57,768 nucleotides of DNA from Betaproteobacteria bacterium (GTDB taxonomy: Bacteria; Pseudomonadota; Gammaproteobacteria; Burkholderiales; Casimicrobiaceae). This document shows, in pieces, positions 7,466 through 15,500 of this stretch. Numbering within the stretch: the stretch's first letter is position 1; each line of letters starts with the position of its first letter. The position numbers and the translations under genes were made by a program. Below the pieces are notes generated by a model, which had not been told where the DNA came from, did not search any database, and saw nothing but the letters and a program-made list of their open reading frames with translations. Where the stretch lies: positions 1 through 57,768 of the forward strand of contig JANMDS010000163.1 in NCBI GenBank assembly GCA_031376405.1. Direction: 5' to 3'.

Positions 7466-9364
7466 ATGATGATGAACTCTGTGTTTTCCCGACTACTTCT
7501 GGGTGCGGCAGCTTTGGTGAGCGCTACGCTTAGCTGGGCAGATCCGCCCTCGCGCGTGGGCCGCTTGGCGGTGTATGGCGGTGAAGTCATGGTCGCCCTT
7601 GCTGGCGTTGTGGGGCGCGCGTTTACCAACAATTACCCCATTCCCGATCGCTACAATGTGTACGTGGGCCCACCGGGCCGCGCCGAGGTGGATTTCGGCT
7701 CCGGTTTGGCGTGGCTCTCCGGCGGCACTACGCTGTATTTTGAGCGGCTCGACGATCACCACTTGCGTGCGCGCATGGCCGACGGTGTACTGGTGGTGCG
7801 CTTGCGTGAGCTAGACCGTGGTGAAACCGCGCGCATCGATACCCGCAATGGCAGCATTGATCTGACTACGCCTGGCTTGTATCGCGTAGAAACCGGCCGC
7901 AATAACGATTCCCGTGGTGATTTAGTGCATGTGAAATATGGCAACGCCGAGCTGGCAACCGGCGCGAATTTTCAATCGTTGCGCGGTGGCGATGCAGCAG
8001 AATTTAGCGGCAATCGTCTCGGATTTCTAAATATTCGTGGCGATGATGCGTTTGGCGCATGGGTTGATTCCCGCGATCGTCGCTACGAAAATCAACGCTA
8101 TGCTTACGTGAGCCCCAACATGGTGGGTTGGCGTGATTTAGATGAGCACGGCATGTGGCGCGAAATGTCCAACTACGGTTGGGTGTGGTTCCCCCGTCGG
8201 GTTGCCAGCGATTGGGCGCCATACCGGTTCGGTAACTGGACCTTCGTCGCACCGTGGGGATGGACTTGGGTGGATGACGCGCCGTGGGGCTTTGCACCAT
8301 CGCACTACGGGCGTTGGGTCAACCTCAATGGTCGCTGGGGCTGGACGCCAGGGGCATTTGAGCGTCGCCCTGTGTACTCGCCAGCGTTGGTGGCGTGGCA
8401 AGGCAATGTCGGCGGCGCCTCGCTTTCGGTGAACATCGGTAACTCGCTGGTCTATTGGACGCCGCTTTCGTGGGGCGAAGCGTACTACCCGAGCTACACC
8501 GTGAGCGCCAATTACTGGCGCTTGGCGAACCGACCGTTCGTGCATCCATCGGTGGAGTACAGCGTTGCCCCGCCGCGCGGCAATGTGTACCGAAATTGGA
8601 ATGCACCGAATGGCGCAACCGCAGTGGAAGCGGCGGTCGTTGCCTCGGCGCGTCCGGTAGCGCCCGTAGCCCGTGCAATGGGGCCGTTGCCGACCACTTC
8701 GCAAGTGGAAGCGTACCCCATTATGGATCGCATTAAGCCTGCTTACGGTGGCGCGCCGACGCAGCAATATCGTGCGCCCGCACAGCAACCACAGCAGCCA
8801 GTGATGGTAAACGAAGCGGCAACAGTACGGGCAGTACCGGTCAACTCGGGCGCTCAGATTGTTACGCAACCCGCGCCAAATTCGGCACCCGCGCGCTCGC
8901 AACCCTTGCCACCGCTCGCGCCGCCCACGGTGATGACGCAGCCGCAAGTGGTGCGCGAGCAAGGCGCGCCGATGCAGCAAATGCCGCAGCAAGTGCAGCA
9001 GCAGATGCAGCAACAGATGCAGCAACAGATGCAACCGCCACCGCAGCCAGCCCAAAACGTGCAGCGCGTGCCGGGCCAGATGGCCCCACCGTCGCGCGCG
9101 ATGGCATCTGGTGCAGCCGCACCGGTGCCGGTGCAGCCGCAAATTCAACCGCAACCGCAACCAAGCGATAACCGCCGCGTTGCGCCCGCGCAAGGTCGGG
9201 GTGAAGCACCGGTGCAGCGTGTGGAGCAGCCGTATGTGGAGCCCATCCCGCGCGCGCCGCGCGCCATGCCTGCCATGCCCGCACGCACAATGCCCGCGCA
9301 AGTGCAAGCCGATCAAGCCCGCCGCGCCAGCGACGAAAAAGAGGGCGATAAGCCCAAGCGCTAG
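7466..9364 (+). CDS. Secreted protein with a FecR-like N-terminal region, a Trp-rich central repeat region and a Pro/Gln-rich tail (resembles the DUF6600-type family)
   Basis: 632 aa with a signal peptide ending SWADPP. It contains PSRVGRLAVYGGEV..., the W-rich block GWVWFPRRV..WAPYRFGNWTFVAPWGWTWVDDAPWGFAPSHYGRWV, and a low-complexity C-terminus (QQMQQQMQQQMQPPPQP, PQIQPQPQP). The family name is from memory only. Confidence 0.6.
   Translation: MMMNSVFSRLLLGAAALVSATLSWADPPSRVGRLAVYGGEVMVALAGVVGRAFTNNYPIPDRYNVYVGPPGRAEVDFGSGLAWLSGGTTLYFERLDDHHLRARMADGVLVVRLRELDRGETARIDTRNGSIDLTTPGLYRVETGRNNDSRGDLVHVKYGNAELATGANFQSLRGGDAAEFSGNRLGFLNIRGDDAFGAWVDSRDRRYENQRYAYVSPNMVGWRDLDEHGMWREMSNYGWVWFPRRVASDWAPYRFGNWTFVAPWGWTWVDDAPWGFAPSHYGRWVNLNGRWGWTPGAFERRPVYSPALVAWQGNVGGASLSVNIGNSLVYWTPLSWGEAYYPSYTVSANYWRLANRPFVHPSVEYSVAPPRGNVYRNWNAPNGATAVEAAVVASARPVAPVARAMGPLPTTSQVEAYPIMDRIKPAYGGAPTQQYRAPAQQPQQPVMVNEAATVRAVPVNSGAQIVTQPAPNSAPARSQPLPPLAPPTVMTQPQVVREQGAPMQQMPQQVQQQMQQQMQQQMQPPPQPAQNVQRVPGQMAPPSRAMASGAAAPVPVQPQIQPQPQPSDNRRVAPAQGRGEAPVQRVEQPYVEPIPRAPRAMPAMPARTMPAQVQADQARRASDEKEGDKPKR
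8996..9035 (+). repeat. Tandem 12-nt coding repeat (CAGCAACAGATG x3, encoding QQQM) inside 7466-9364
   Basis: The DNA reads cagcagcagatgcagcaacagatgcagcaacagatgcaa and translates to QQQMQQQMQQQMQ. Confidence 0.8.
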
Positions 9365-9380
9365 TCACATAGCAATGCCA

Positions 9381-9409
9381 AAAGCCCCGGCTACCCGGGG
9401 CTTTTTTTT
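9381..9409 (+). terminator. Intrinsic terminator downstream of 7466-9364, fused to a repeat unit
   Basis: AAAGCCCCGG-CTAC-CCGGGGCTTTTTTTTT: a GC-rich 7-8-bp stem followed by a T9 run. The T run continues directly into GGCAGATAAG of repeat unit 9410-9450. Confidence 0.8.
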
Positions 9410-9450
9410 GGCAGATAAGTTTGAAAATAGGCTTGTTTTACGCCGCAGGT
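9410..9450 (-). repeat. Repeat unit, reverse orientation, abutting a terminator
   Basis: ggcagataagtttgaaaataggcttgttttacgccgcaggt. Confidence 0.8.
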
Positions 9451-9483
9451 ATTGGGTTTACGCAATGGCGGTAACATGTACGC

Positions 9484-9942
9484 ATGAGCGCACATATCCA
9501 TCAATTCGTTTTACTTCTCCACTTGCTTGCCGCCATCTTCTGGCTCGGTGGTATGGCCACCATTTTGTTTTGTGTGCGCCCGGCTGCGTTGAGCGTTTTG
9601 GCCGCGCCGCAGCCCATTGCGCTACTCCACGCCACGCTCGCGCGATTTTTAAAATACGTCGCTCTTGCGATGGCGGTTTTGCTCATCACCGGCATTCATC
9701 TCTACGGCTTGCGCGGTGGCATGGGCGCGCGCTGGGGCGTGCACGTTATGGCGCTCGGCGGCATCGTGATGATGCTCATCTACGGCAACCTGCGCTTTTC
9801 GGCGTTTAAGAAATTAGACGCTGCGGTGAAAACCCAAACCTGGAGCGAAGGCAAAGCCGCGCTCGATCAAATTCGCAAGCTCGTGCTGGTGAATTTGGTG
9901 TTAGGCGTGGTGATTGTTGCGGCGGTGAAGCTGGGGGTTTAA
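9484..9942 (+). CDS. Small integral membrane protein, CopD-like family
   Basis: 152 aa with four predicted TM helices. The HLLAAIFWLGGM motif in TM1 is typical of CopD-domain proteins. Confidence 0.45.
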   Translation: MSAHIHQFVLLLHLLAAIFWLGGMATILFCVRPAALSVLAAPQPIALLHATLARFLKYVALAMAVLLITGIHLYGLRGGMGARWGVHVMALGGIVMMLIYGNLRFSAFKKLDAAVKTQTWSEGKAALDQIRKLVLVNLVLGVVIVAAVKLGV

Positions 9943-9950
9943 GTTAATAA

Positions 9951-9992
9951 ACCTGCGGCGTAAAAACAGCGTTTTTTAGGATTTATCTACCC
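9951..9992 (+). repeat. Repeat unit, forward; its degenerate partner arm runs into the moeB 3' end
   Basis: acctgcggcgtaaaaacagcgttttttaggatttatctaccc. Confidence 0.8.
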
Positions 9993-10005
9993 AAAAACGC
10001 AACGT

Positions 10006-10767
10006 TTACCGCGTCCCACACACCGCGCATTTCGCATCCCGCGGAATACGAATTTCTTGAAACTCCATACTGAGCACATCAATGGTGAGCAAGCGCCCGG
10101 TGAGCGGCTGACCGACATTGGCAATTACTTTTAGCGCTTCTGCAGCTTGGATCGTACCGACGATACCGGTGACGGGCGCGAACACGCCCATCACGGCGCA
10201 ACGCACTTCGTCCGGCGCATCTCCTTCTGGGAAAAGGCAGTGGTAACACGGGCTTTTTTCATCGCGCGGATCGTACACGCACACTTGCCCGTCGAAACGA
10301 ATCCCCGCACCGGAGATCAATGGTTTTTTGTGTTCAAAGCAGGCGCGGTTGACGGCGTGGCGCGTTACGAAATTGTCGCAGCAATCGAGCACGATATCGG
10401 CCTCGCGCACGAGCGCGGCCAGTTCATCGCCCAACACTCTTTTCTGAATCGTGCGCACGTTCACCAGCGGGTTCATCTCACCGATTCGGTTTTTTGCGGA
10501 GGTTACTTTCGGTGTGCCCACGCCGCGCATATCATGGATGATTTGGCGCTGCAAATTCGTTAAATCTACCTCATCGTGGTCGCAAATCGTAATCGTGCCC
10601 ACGCCTGCCGCAGCGAGATAAAGCGCCACCGGTGAGCCTAAACCGCCCGCGCCGACGATAAGCGCGTGCGCGTTCACAAACGCGGTTTGGGCTTCTACGC
10701 CCAACTCGGGCAGAAGAATGTGTCGCGAGTAGCGCAGCAGGGCTTCGTCGGAGAGTTCGGGGTTCAT
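10006..10767 (-). CDS. moeB: Molybdopterin-synthase adenylyltransferase (HesA/MoeB/ThiF family)
   Basis: 253 aa. It has RYSRHILLPELGVEAQ, a GAGGLGSP nucleotide loop and two CxxC pairs (CYHC, CAVC). Confidence 0.85.
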   Translation of the reverse strand: MNPELSDEALLRYSRHILLPELGVEAQTAFVNAHALIVGAGGLGSPVALYLAAAGVGTITICDHDEVDLTNLQRQIIHDMRGVGTPKVTSAKNRIGEMNPLVNVRTIQKRVLGDELAALVREADIVLDCCDNFVTRHAVNRACFEHKKPLISGAGIRFDGQVCVYDPRDEKSPCYHCLFPEGDAPDEVRCAVMGVFAPVTGIVGTIQAAEALKVIANVGQPLTGRLLTIDVLSMEFQEIRIPRDAKCAVCGTR

Positions 10768-10855
10768 GGGTGGTTGGTCAGTAAAAGGCTTTAACGCAAA
10801 GGCGCAGAGGGCGCTCCGCTTGCCGAAAAAAAATCAACGTGCTTCCATCAAAAAG

Positions 10856-10922
10856 TTACGGCGCAAAAACAGTGTTTTTCTAGGAGATAACGTCTAGAAA
10901 GCACTGTTTTTACGCCGCAGGT
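10856..10922. repeat. Head-to-head repeat pair with a truncated left outer end
   Basis: ttacggcgcaaaaacagtgtttttctaggagataacgtctagaaagcactgtttttacgccgcaggt. Confidence 0.85.
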
Positions 10923-10937
10923 ATTACGGAGTAGAAC

Positions 10938-12377
10938 CTATTTTTTCTCAGGCATGGCGGCTGCGGTTTTCTCTGCGGGTTTTTGGGTGGACGTGACCAC
11001 TGGCAAGCCTTTTAAGTGGTTCATGGCTTGCGTGAGTTGGTAGTCTTTTGTAGGCACGCCAGGCTCGAAATTTTCGAACGTGATTCGGCGGTTAACCTTT
11101 ACCGTCTCATCGTCGTCGTTGGGTTTGCCTTCAGCGGTTTTCTCCTCTTTCTTCTCATCTTTGCCCACGAGGTGGCGGTCGATATCGGCTTCGCGCAAGC
11201 GTTTGCCGTCGGTTTTTCCATCGAAGGTGAGCTGATCGATCAGGATGTCAGGCTCAATGCCTTTGGCTTGAATCGAGATGCCGTTAGGCGTGTAGTAGCG
11301 TTGCGTGGTGAGCTTTAAACCCGAGCCGTTTGAGAGCGTGAGAATGGTTTGTACCGAGCCTTTACCGAAGGTGGTTGTGCCGATCAAGGTTGCACGTTTG
11401 TGGTCTTTTAGTGCGCCCGCCACGATCTCGGAAGCAGATGCGGAGCCCGCGTTTACGAGCACGGTAATCGGTACGGTTTTCAAGCCTGCTGGCAGGCTGC
11501 GCAGTGGATCGTCGGGGCACACGCCAGGGCAATAATCTTCACGCCGCGCGGCGAAACGAAACTTGCTATCGGGCGTGCGGCCATCGGTGTACACCACCAA
11601 CACGTCGCGGGGCAATAGCGCCGCAGATAACCCAACGGAAGCATTTAACAAACCGCCCGGATCATCGCGCAAATCAATCACCAAGCCTTTCAATTCGCCA
11701 TCTTTGTAAAGCTCTTTCGCTGCTTTGGCGAAATCGCTCATCGTAGGGCCTTGAAAAGCCCGCACGCGGATGTAGCCAATGCCAGGCTCCAACATTTTCG
11801 AGCGCACCGACCAAATTTTGATTTCTTCGCGGATTAAATTGAAGGTCAGCGAAGCATTGTCGGCTTTGCGGAAGATATCGAGCGATACTTTCGTGCCCGG
11901 CTTGCCGCGCATTTTGGTCACGGCTTTATCTTGTGCCATGCCCTTGGTGGTTTCGTTGTTCACTTTAACGATCAAATCGCCCGCACGAATGCCTGCGCGC
12001 TGCGCAGGGGTATCGTCAATGGGCGACACAACCTTGATGAAACCTTCCTCGGCGCCAATTTCGATGCCCACGCCGCCGAATTTGCCTTCGGTGGTGGTGC
12101 GCAACTCTTTCATGCCTTCTTCATCGAAAAAGCTTGAGTGTGGATCTAAGCCTTGCACCATGCCGTTGATGGCTTCTTTGATGAGCTTTTTATCGGCTAC
12201 CGGCTCCACGTAATCGTTTTTAATACGCGTGTACACCTCGGAGAACATTTTTAAATCTTCTACCGGCACGGGCAGCGCAGGCTCGCGCAGCGCGTATGCC
12301 GTATACGTGACCGAAAGTGCTGCGCCCACCGCAACGCCTGCCCCGATCCAACCTAATTTCTTTGTAAATTCACTCAT
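10938..12377 (-). CDS. ctpA: Carboxy-terminal processing protease (S41A, PDZ-containing)
   Basis: Start trimmed to MSEFTKKLGWIGAGVAVG (TM anchor). It has a PDZ domain (GIRAGDLIVKVN), a catalytic GSASASEIVAGAL Ser motif and a TFGKGSVQ Lys motif. Confidence 0.88.
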   Translation of the reverse strand: MSEFTKKLGWIGAGVAVGAALSVTYTAYALREPALPVPVEDLKMFSEVYTRIKNDYVEPVADKKLIKEAINGMVQGLDPHSSFFDEEGMKELRTTTEGKFGGVGIEIGAEEGFIKVVSPIDDTPAQRAGIRAGDLIVKVNNETTKGMAQDKAVTKMRGKPGTKVSLDIFRKADNASLTFNLIREEIKIWSVRSKMLEPGIGYIRVRAFQGPTMSDFAKAAKELYKDGELKGLVIDLRDDPGGLLNASVGLSAALLPRDVLVVYTDGRTPDSKFRFAARREDYCPGVCPDDPLRSLPAGLKTVPITVLVNAGSASASEIVAGALKDHKRATLIGTTTFGKGSVQTILTLSNGSGLKLTTQRYYTPNGISIQAKGIEPDILIDQLTFDGKTDGKRLREADIDRHLVGKDEKKEEKTAEGKPNDDDETVKVNRRITFENFEPGVPTKDYQLTQAMNHLKGLPVVTSTQKPAEKTAAAMPEKK

Positions 12378-12561
12378 CGCTTTTCGTCCACATACGCAGT
12401 CGGTGTTCGACACCATAGTCGCCGACTAATTCCCAGCCACAATCTTACGCTTAAATGGGCGAGCGCCGCAGCGAAAGGGATGCAACGCGAAGCCCAGCGG
12501 CGCGGTCTGTTGCGTGAGCGGTATTTCTGCGGAACGAATTTTCTTACGCTAAGATGCGCGC

Positions 12562-13260
12562 ATGAATCGCAAAATGATCGTTGCAGCGGCGTTGGCCGCG
12601 TTTGGTTGGGGCGGTGTTTCGGCCACCACGGTGGAAGTGCTGGCCGTTGCTAAAGGCGGCGTTACGCTCAAGATCGACGGACGTGCCCCCAAAACGCTTT
12701 ATCCCGGCGACTTCACGCCCGAAGGCGTGTATGTGCAAGGGCTTACTCGCACGGGGGAGGCCATGCTGCGTATACGTGGCACGGAAGAAGTCATGCCAGC
12801 CGGTAGAACGGTGGTCGCCGCGCCGAACGTGGCCGGGCTGCCCGCACTCAATATTCCGAGAGATGTTGACGGAAAATTTATTGCGCAATTTTTGCTTCTA
12901 AACCAGCCGTTTCAAGTAGAAATCGACCCGAAATCCCCTGCCGGACTGCTTTTGCCCACCGCCGATGCCGAGCGGGTGCAGCTGCCTTATAAAGATCCGC
13001 CCCCGCCGAAGGGCGAAGAGAGCAAAAAGCGCAAAAGCGAATTTTCGCGTCCCAACAAGCGTTTTTTAAAGGGTAAGCCGTTTTACGATCACTACACCAC
13101 CGCTAAATCAGTGAAAGTGGGCGGGATTGAGCTTTTTGGGGTGAAAACTACCGTCAGTGAGCATCCCGAGCTCAAGCGGGCCGTAGCGGGGCGGGCATTT
13201 TTAATGCTGATGGATACAACCTGGGAAGGCTCCACGATGACGGTGCGGCGTTTGCCGTAG
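12562..13260 (+). CDS. Secreted retropepsin-like (clan AA, TIGR02281-like) domain protein with a degenerate active-site motif
   Basis: 232 aa with a signal peptide. NIPRDVDGKFIAQFLLLNQPFQVEIDPKSPAGLLLPTADAERVQL parallels IPRDxxGHF..ING....FLVDTGA..V.L....A.RLGL, but DTGA is replaced by DPKSPAG. The C-terminal VKVGGIELFGVK..AGRAFL matches the second retropepsin block. Confidence 0.45.
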   Translation: MNRKMIVAAALAAFGWGGVSATTVEVLAVAKGGVTLKIDGRAPKTLYPGDFTPEGVYVQGLTRTGEAMLRIRGTEEVMPAGRTVVAAPNVAGLPALNIPRDVDGKFIAQFLLLNQPFQVEIDPKSPAGLLLPTADAERVQLPYKDPPPPKGEESKKRKSEFSRPNKRFLKGKPFYDHYTTAKSVKVGGIELFGVKTTVSEHPELKRAVAGRAFLMLMDTTWEGSTMTVRRLP

Positions 13261-13299
13261 TTTTAAGAATAGGCCGCGCTCGCTACAATGCGTGCCATT

Positions 13300-13373
13300 G
13301 CGGGTGTAGTTCAATGGCAGAACGGAAGCTTCCCAAGCTTCATACGAGGGTTCGATTCCCTTCACCCGCTCCA
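13300..13373 (+). tRNA. tRNA-Gly (anticodon CCC)
   Basis: Hand-folded cloverleaf: acceptor GCGGGTG/CACCCGC, D arm GTTC..GAAC, anticodon stem GAAGC/GCTTC with loop TTCCCAA, T arm GAGGG-TTCGATT-CCCTT, and an encoded CCA. Confidence 0.9.
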
Positions 13374-13388
13374 AAACCCCCATTTTTC

Positions 13389-13429
13389 GGGTGATAATCC
13401 TGAAAACGCACCTAAAATGCGCCGCAGGT
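13389..13429 (-). repeat. Repeat unit, reverse orientation, 16 nt downstream of tRNA-Gly
   Basis: gggtgataatcctgaaaacgcacctaaaatgcgccgcaggt. Confidence 0.75.
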
Positions 13430-13553
13430 ATTCCATGTAGGTGCACTTCTGCGCACCGTCGCACGCCTGCAACACTGCGCGCACGCCCTACGCCTCCGCC
13501 CGAACCAAACCCACGATATCGGCTCTAAACTGAGTATTGAAAGGCGGGTTTGC

Positions 13554-14507
13554 GTGCGAAATCGTTTTGTTAGTAGGGCAATGCTGTGGATTGCCGGTGC
13601 TTTGTTTGCGCCGATGACGGCTATGGCAGGTCCTGTGATTGTCGGCGGGACGGACGCTGACGACCATGGCAACGCAACGGCCTCAACCAACCAAGATGGT
13701 TGGTTGTATCTACAAAAAGGCCTTGAAAGCGTGGCCGAGAAGGTCAAAAATGGGCAAAAGGTAGTGGTGTGCTTGGGGTGCAACAACCAAGTCGCCGCCA
13801 ACGCTTTTTTCTCCGCGTTTGATAAATCCAATTTGCCCGCCAAAGGTTGGGTACGCCGTGCTGTGTTAACCACGGCAGACTTCAATACGTTTTTTAGCGC
13901 TTCGTTGGTCGCAGGCACCACCAATATTTTCAGCTCCGGCGTGATTTACATGCCCTCCGATCGGGTGAATGCGCTGGGCGGACTCTCCGAAGCACAGCTC
14001 GATTTGATCAACGCCCAATCCGCCGCGATCGGCGAGCATGTGAAGAATGGTGGTGGTCTATTCGCGCAAACGCAAGCGGGTTTGCCCAACGGCTTTGGTT
14101 GGCTCAAAACGTTAGTGCCCGGACTCACTACGTCCACCGATCTCGCGCCCGATGCGCCAAACCTCACACTCACCGCCCGTTCGTTAGCCGATTTCCCCGC
14201 GCTCACCGCCGCCGTACTCGGTTCGGCCTCGCATTGGCATAATAATTTCGGTGGTGCGCAAGGCGGTTTAGCCCTGCTGGCCAGCGGTACGGTCACTTCT
14301 GGCGCCGCTGGTGGCGATGGACCGAAAGCCAGCGGTGATGTAGCGGCCATATTGGGCGGCGCTGACGTGAATTTTGCGCCCGCGCTGGGTCGGGACGAAG
14401 CCATTTTTAAGGTACCCGTCGGCGGTGTCCCTGCGCACGCGCTGTTAGTGGCAATGCTCGTACTGATTGTTGCGTTACGCTTAGCGTTCGTGCGCCGTAA
14501 CCGTTGA
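13554..14507 (+). CDS. Secreted hypothetical protein with a C-terminal motif-TM-basic tail (sorting-signal-like)
   Basis: 317 aa, starting at GTG 13554 or ATG 13581. It has a signal peptide (LFAPMTAMAG) and a Gly/Ala-rich region. The last ~30 aa are VPVGGVPAHALLVAMLVLIVALRLAFVRRNR. Confidence 0.5.
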   Translation: MRNRFVSRAMLWIAGALFAPMTAMAGPVIVGGTDADDHGNATASTNQDGWLYLQKGLESVAEKVKNGQKVVVCLGCNNQVAANAFFSAFDKSNLPAKGWVRRAVLTTADFNTFFSASLVAGTTNIFSSGVIYMPSDRVNALGGLSEAQLDLINAQSAAIGEHVKNGGGLFAQTQAGLPNGFGWLKTLVPGLTTSTDLAPDAPNLTLTARSLADFPALTAAVLGSASHWHNNFGGAQGGLALLASGTVTSGAAGGDGPKASGDVAAILGGADVNFAPALGRDEAIFKVPVGGVPAHALLVAMLVLIVALRLAFVRRNR

Positions 14508-14523
14508 TGCGCGGGCCGTAGCT

Positions 14524-15165
14524 ATGCGCGCAATCGTCGTACTGCTCCTCGCTGCCAATATCTGCATGGCAGCCTACGCCAGCCTTAACGAGTGGAGCAA
14601 TAGCCCAGACCCCAATTTCGCGCCCATTAAACCCGAACGGGTAAAGCTGTTGACCTCGCAGCAAGTGGCGGCGTTGGGCCCAAGCAAGGCGGCGCAACTG
14701 AACATATCGTGTGCGGAGTGGGGGCCTTTTACTGAGCGGGAACGAGAAAAGGTCGTTGCATTGCTCAACCCAATGCAGCTTGGCAAAACCCTTTCGGTGC
14801 AGCGCACCGAGTTAAAAGGGGTCTACCTAATCTCGATGCCGGTAAAAGCGGGTAAAGGCAATATCGACCGCGCGCTTGAAAAGCTGGCTCAGGCTGGTTT
14901 TGATGATGCCCGCGCCGACGCAGAGGAAAAAAATCTGGTCACGTTCGGCATTTACCGCACAGAAGAAATGGCCAATGCGCGCGTAAAGGCCTTAGAAGAA
15001 AAAGGCTATGAAAGCGCGCGCGTACGTTTAAGCGAGCAAGCCGCGCCAGGGGTTACGTTCATCATCCGTGAGCCCCAGCAGGCCACCGCCGCCGCACTCG
15101 AAACCGCCCGCGCCGCCGCGCCGAGCGCACCGCTGAGCTTCGCGAGTTGCCGCGATCGGGTTTAG
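14524..15165 (+). CDS. Membrane-anchored protein with a possible SPOR-like C-terminal domain
   Basis: 213 aa with an N-terminal TM segment (MRAIVVLLLAANICMAAYA). The C-terminal part (LVTFGIYRTEEMANARVKALEEKGYESARV) resembles SPOR repeats. The domain call is weak. Confidence 0.4.
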   Translation: MRAIVVLLLAANICMAAYASLNEWSNSPDPNFAPIKPERVKLLTSQQVAALGPSKAAQLNISCAEWGPFTEREREKVVALLNPMQLGKTLSVQRTELKGVYLISMPVKAGKGNIDRALEKLAQAGFDDARADAEEKNLVTFGIYRTEEMANARVKALEEKGYESARVRLSEQAAPGVTFIIREPQQATAAALETARAAAPSAPLSFASCRDRV

Positions 15166-15419
15166 AGCGCGCCATTTCACACGATCTATTTAGTCAACTG
15201 CCAGCCCTCGCACGCGGACGTTATCGGCATTACAAGGGTAACGAATACGATGTGATTGAGCTCGCTCGACACAGCGAAACCCACGAGTGGATGGTGGTGT
15301 ACCGCCCGCGCTATGGCGAGCGCGGGTTGTGGGTGCGCCCGTATGCAATGTTTGTTGAAGCGGTAATGGTTGATGGCCAATCGGTGCCACGATTTGCGTT
15401 CGTAGCGAACGAAAAATAG
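15147..15419 (+). CDS. DUF1653 domain protein
   Basis: GRYRHYKGNEYDVIELARHSETHEWMVVYRPRYGERGLWVRPYAMF matches the DUF1653 signature. The tracked start is TTG and overlaps the upstream gene by 19 nt, so the start is uncertain. Confidence 0.6.
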   Translation: MPRSGLERAISHDLFSQLPALARGRYRHYKGNEYDVIELARHSETHEWMVVYRPRYGERGLWVRPYAMFVEAVMVDGQSVPRFAFVANEK

Positions 15420-15424
15420 CCAAT

Positions 15425-15464
15425 GCCTGCGGCGCAAAAAGTGCCACTTTTGCCGAATATCTCC
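15425..15464 (+). repeat. Repeat unit, forward
   Basis: gcctgcggcgcaaaaagtgccacttttgccgaatatctcc. Confidence 0.8.
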
Positions 15465-15500
15465 TGCAAAATAGCGAAAATTCACTCCGGAAACCACGCC

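Noticed and set aside
8138-9316. A 392-aa Arg/His-rich ORF antisense to the Trp/Gln-rich protein gene.
   Set aside because: It is a composition artefact: the antisense of a GC-rich, low-complexity coding region. It has no start context and completely overlaps a better-supported gene. The same reasoning applies to 3964-4749, 48450-49343, 29707-30396, 27157-27876 and similar long shadow ORFs.
12445-12556. Direct repeat CTTACGCT(T)AA(G)ATG in the ctpA / retropepsin-like divergent spacer.
   Set aside because: It is short (about 14 nt) and imperfect, occurs only twice, and has no dyad symmetry. That is insufficient evidence.
13412-13924. A 170-aa minus-strand ORF and an 87-aa ORF (13201-13464) spanning the tRNA-Gly region.
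   Set aside because: They overlap the tRNA gene, a repeat unit and the 5' end of a better-supported plus-strand gene. They have no motifs.
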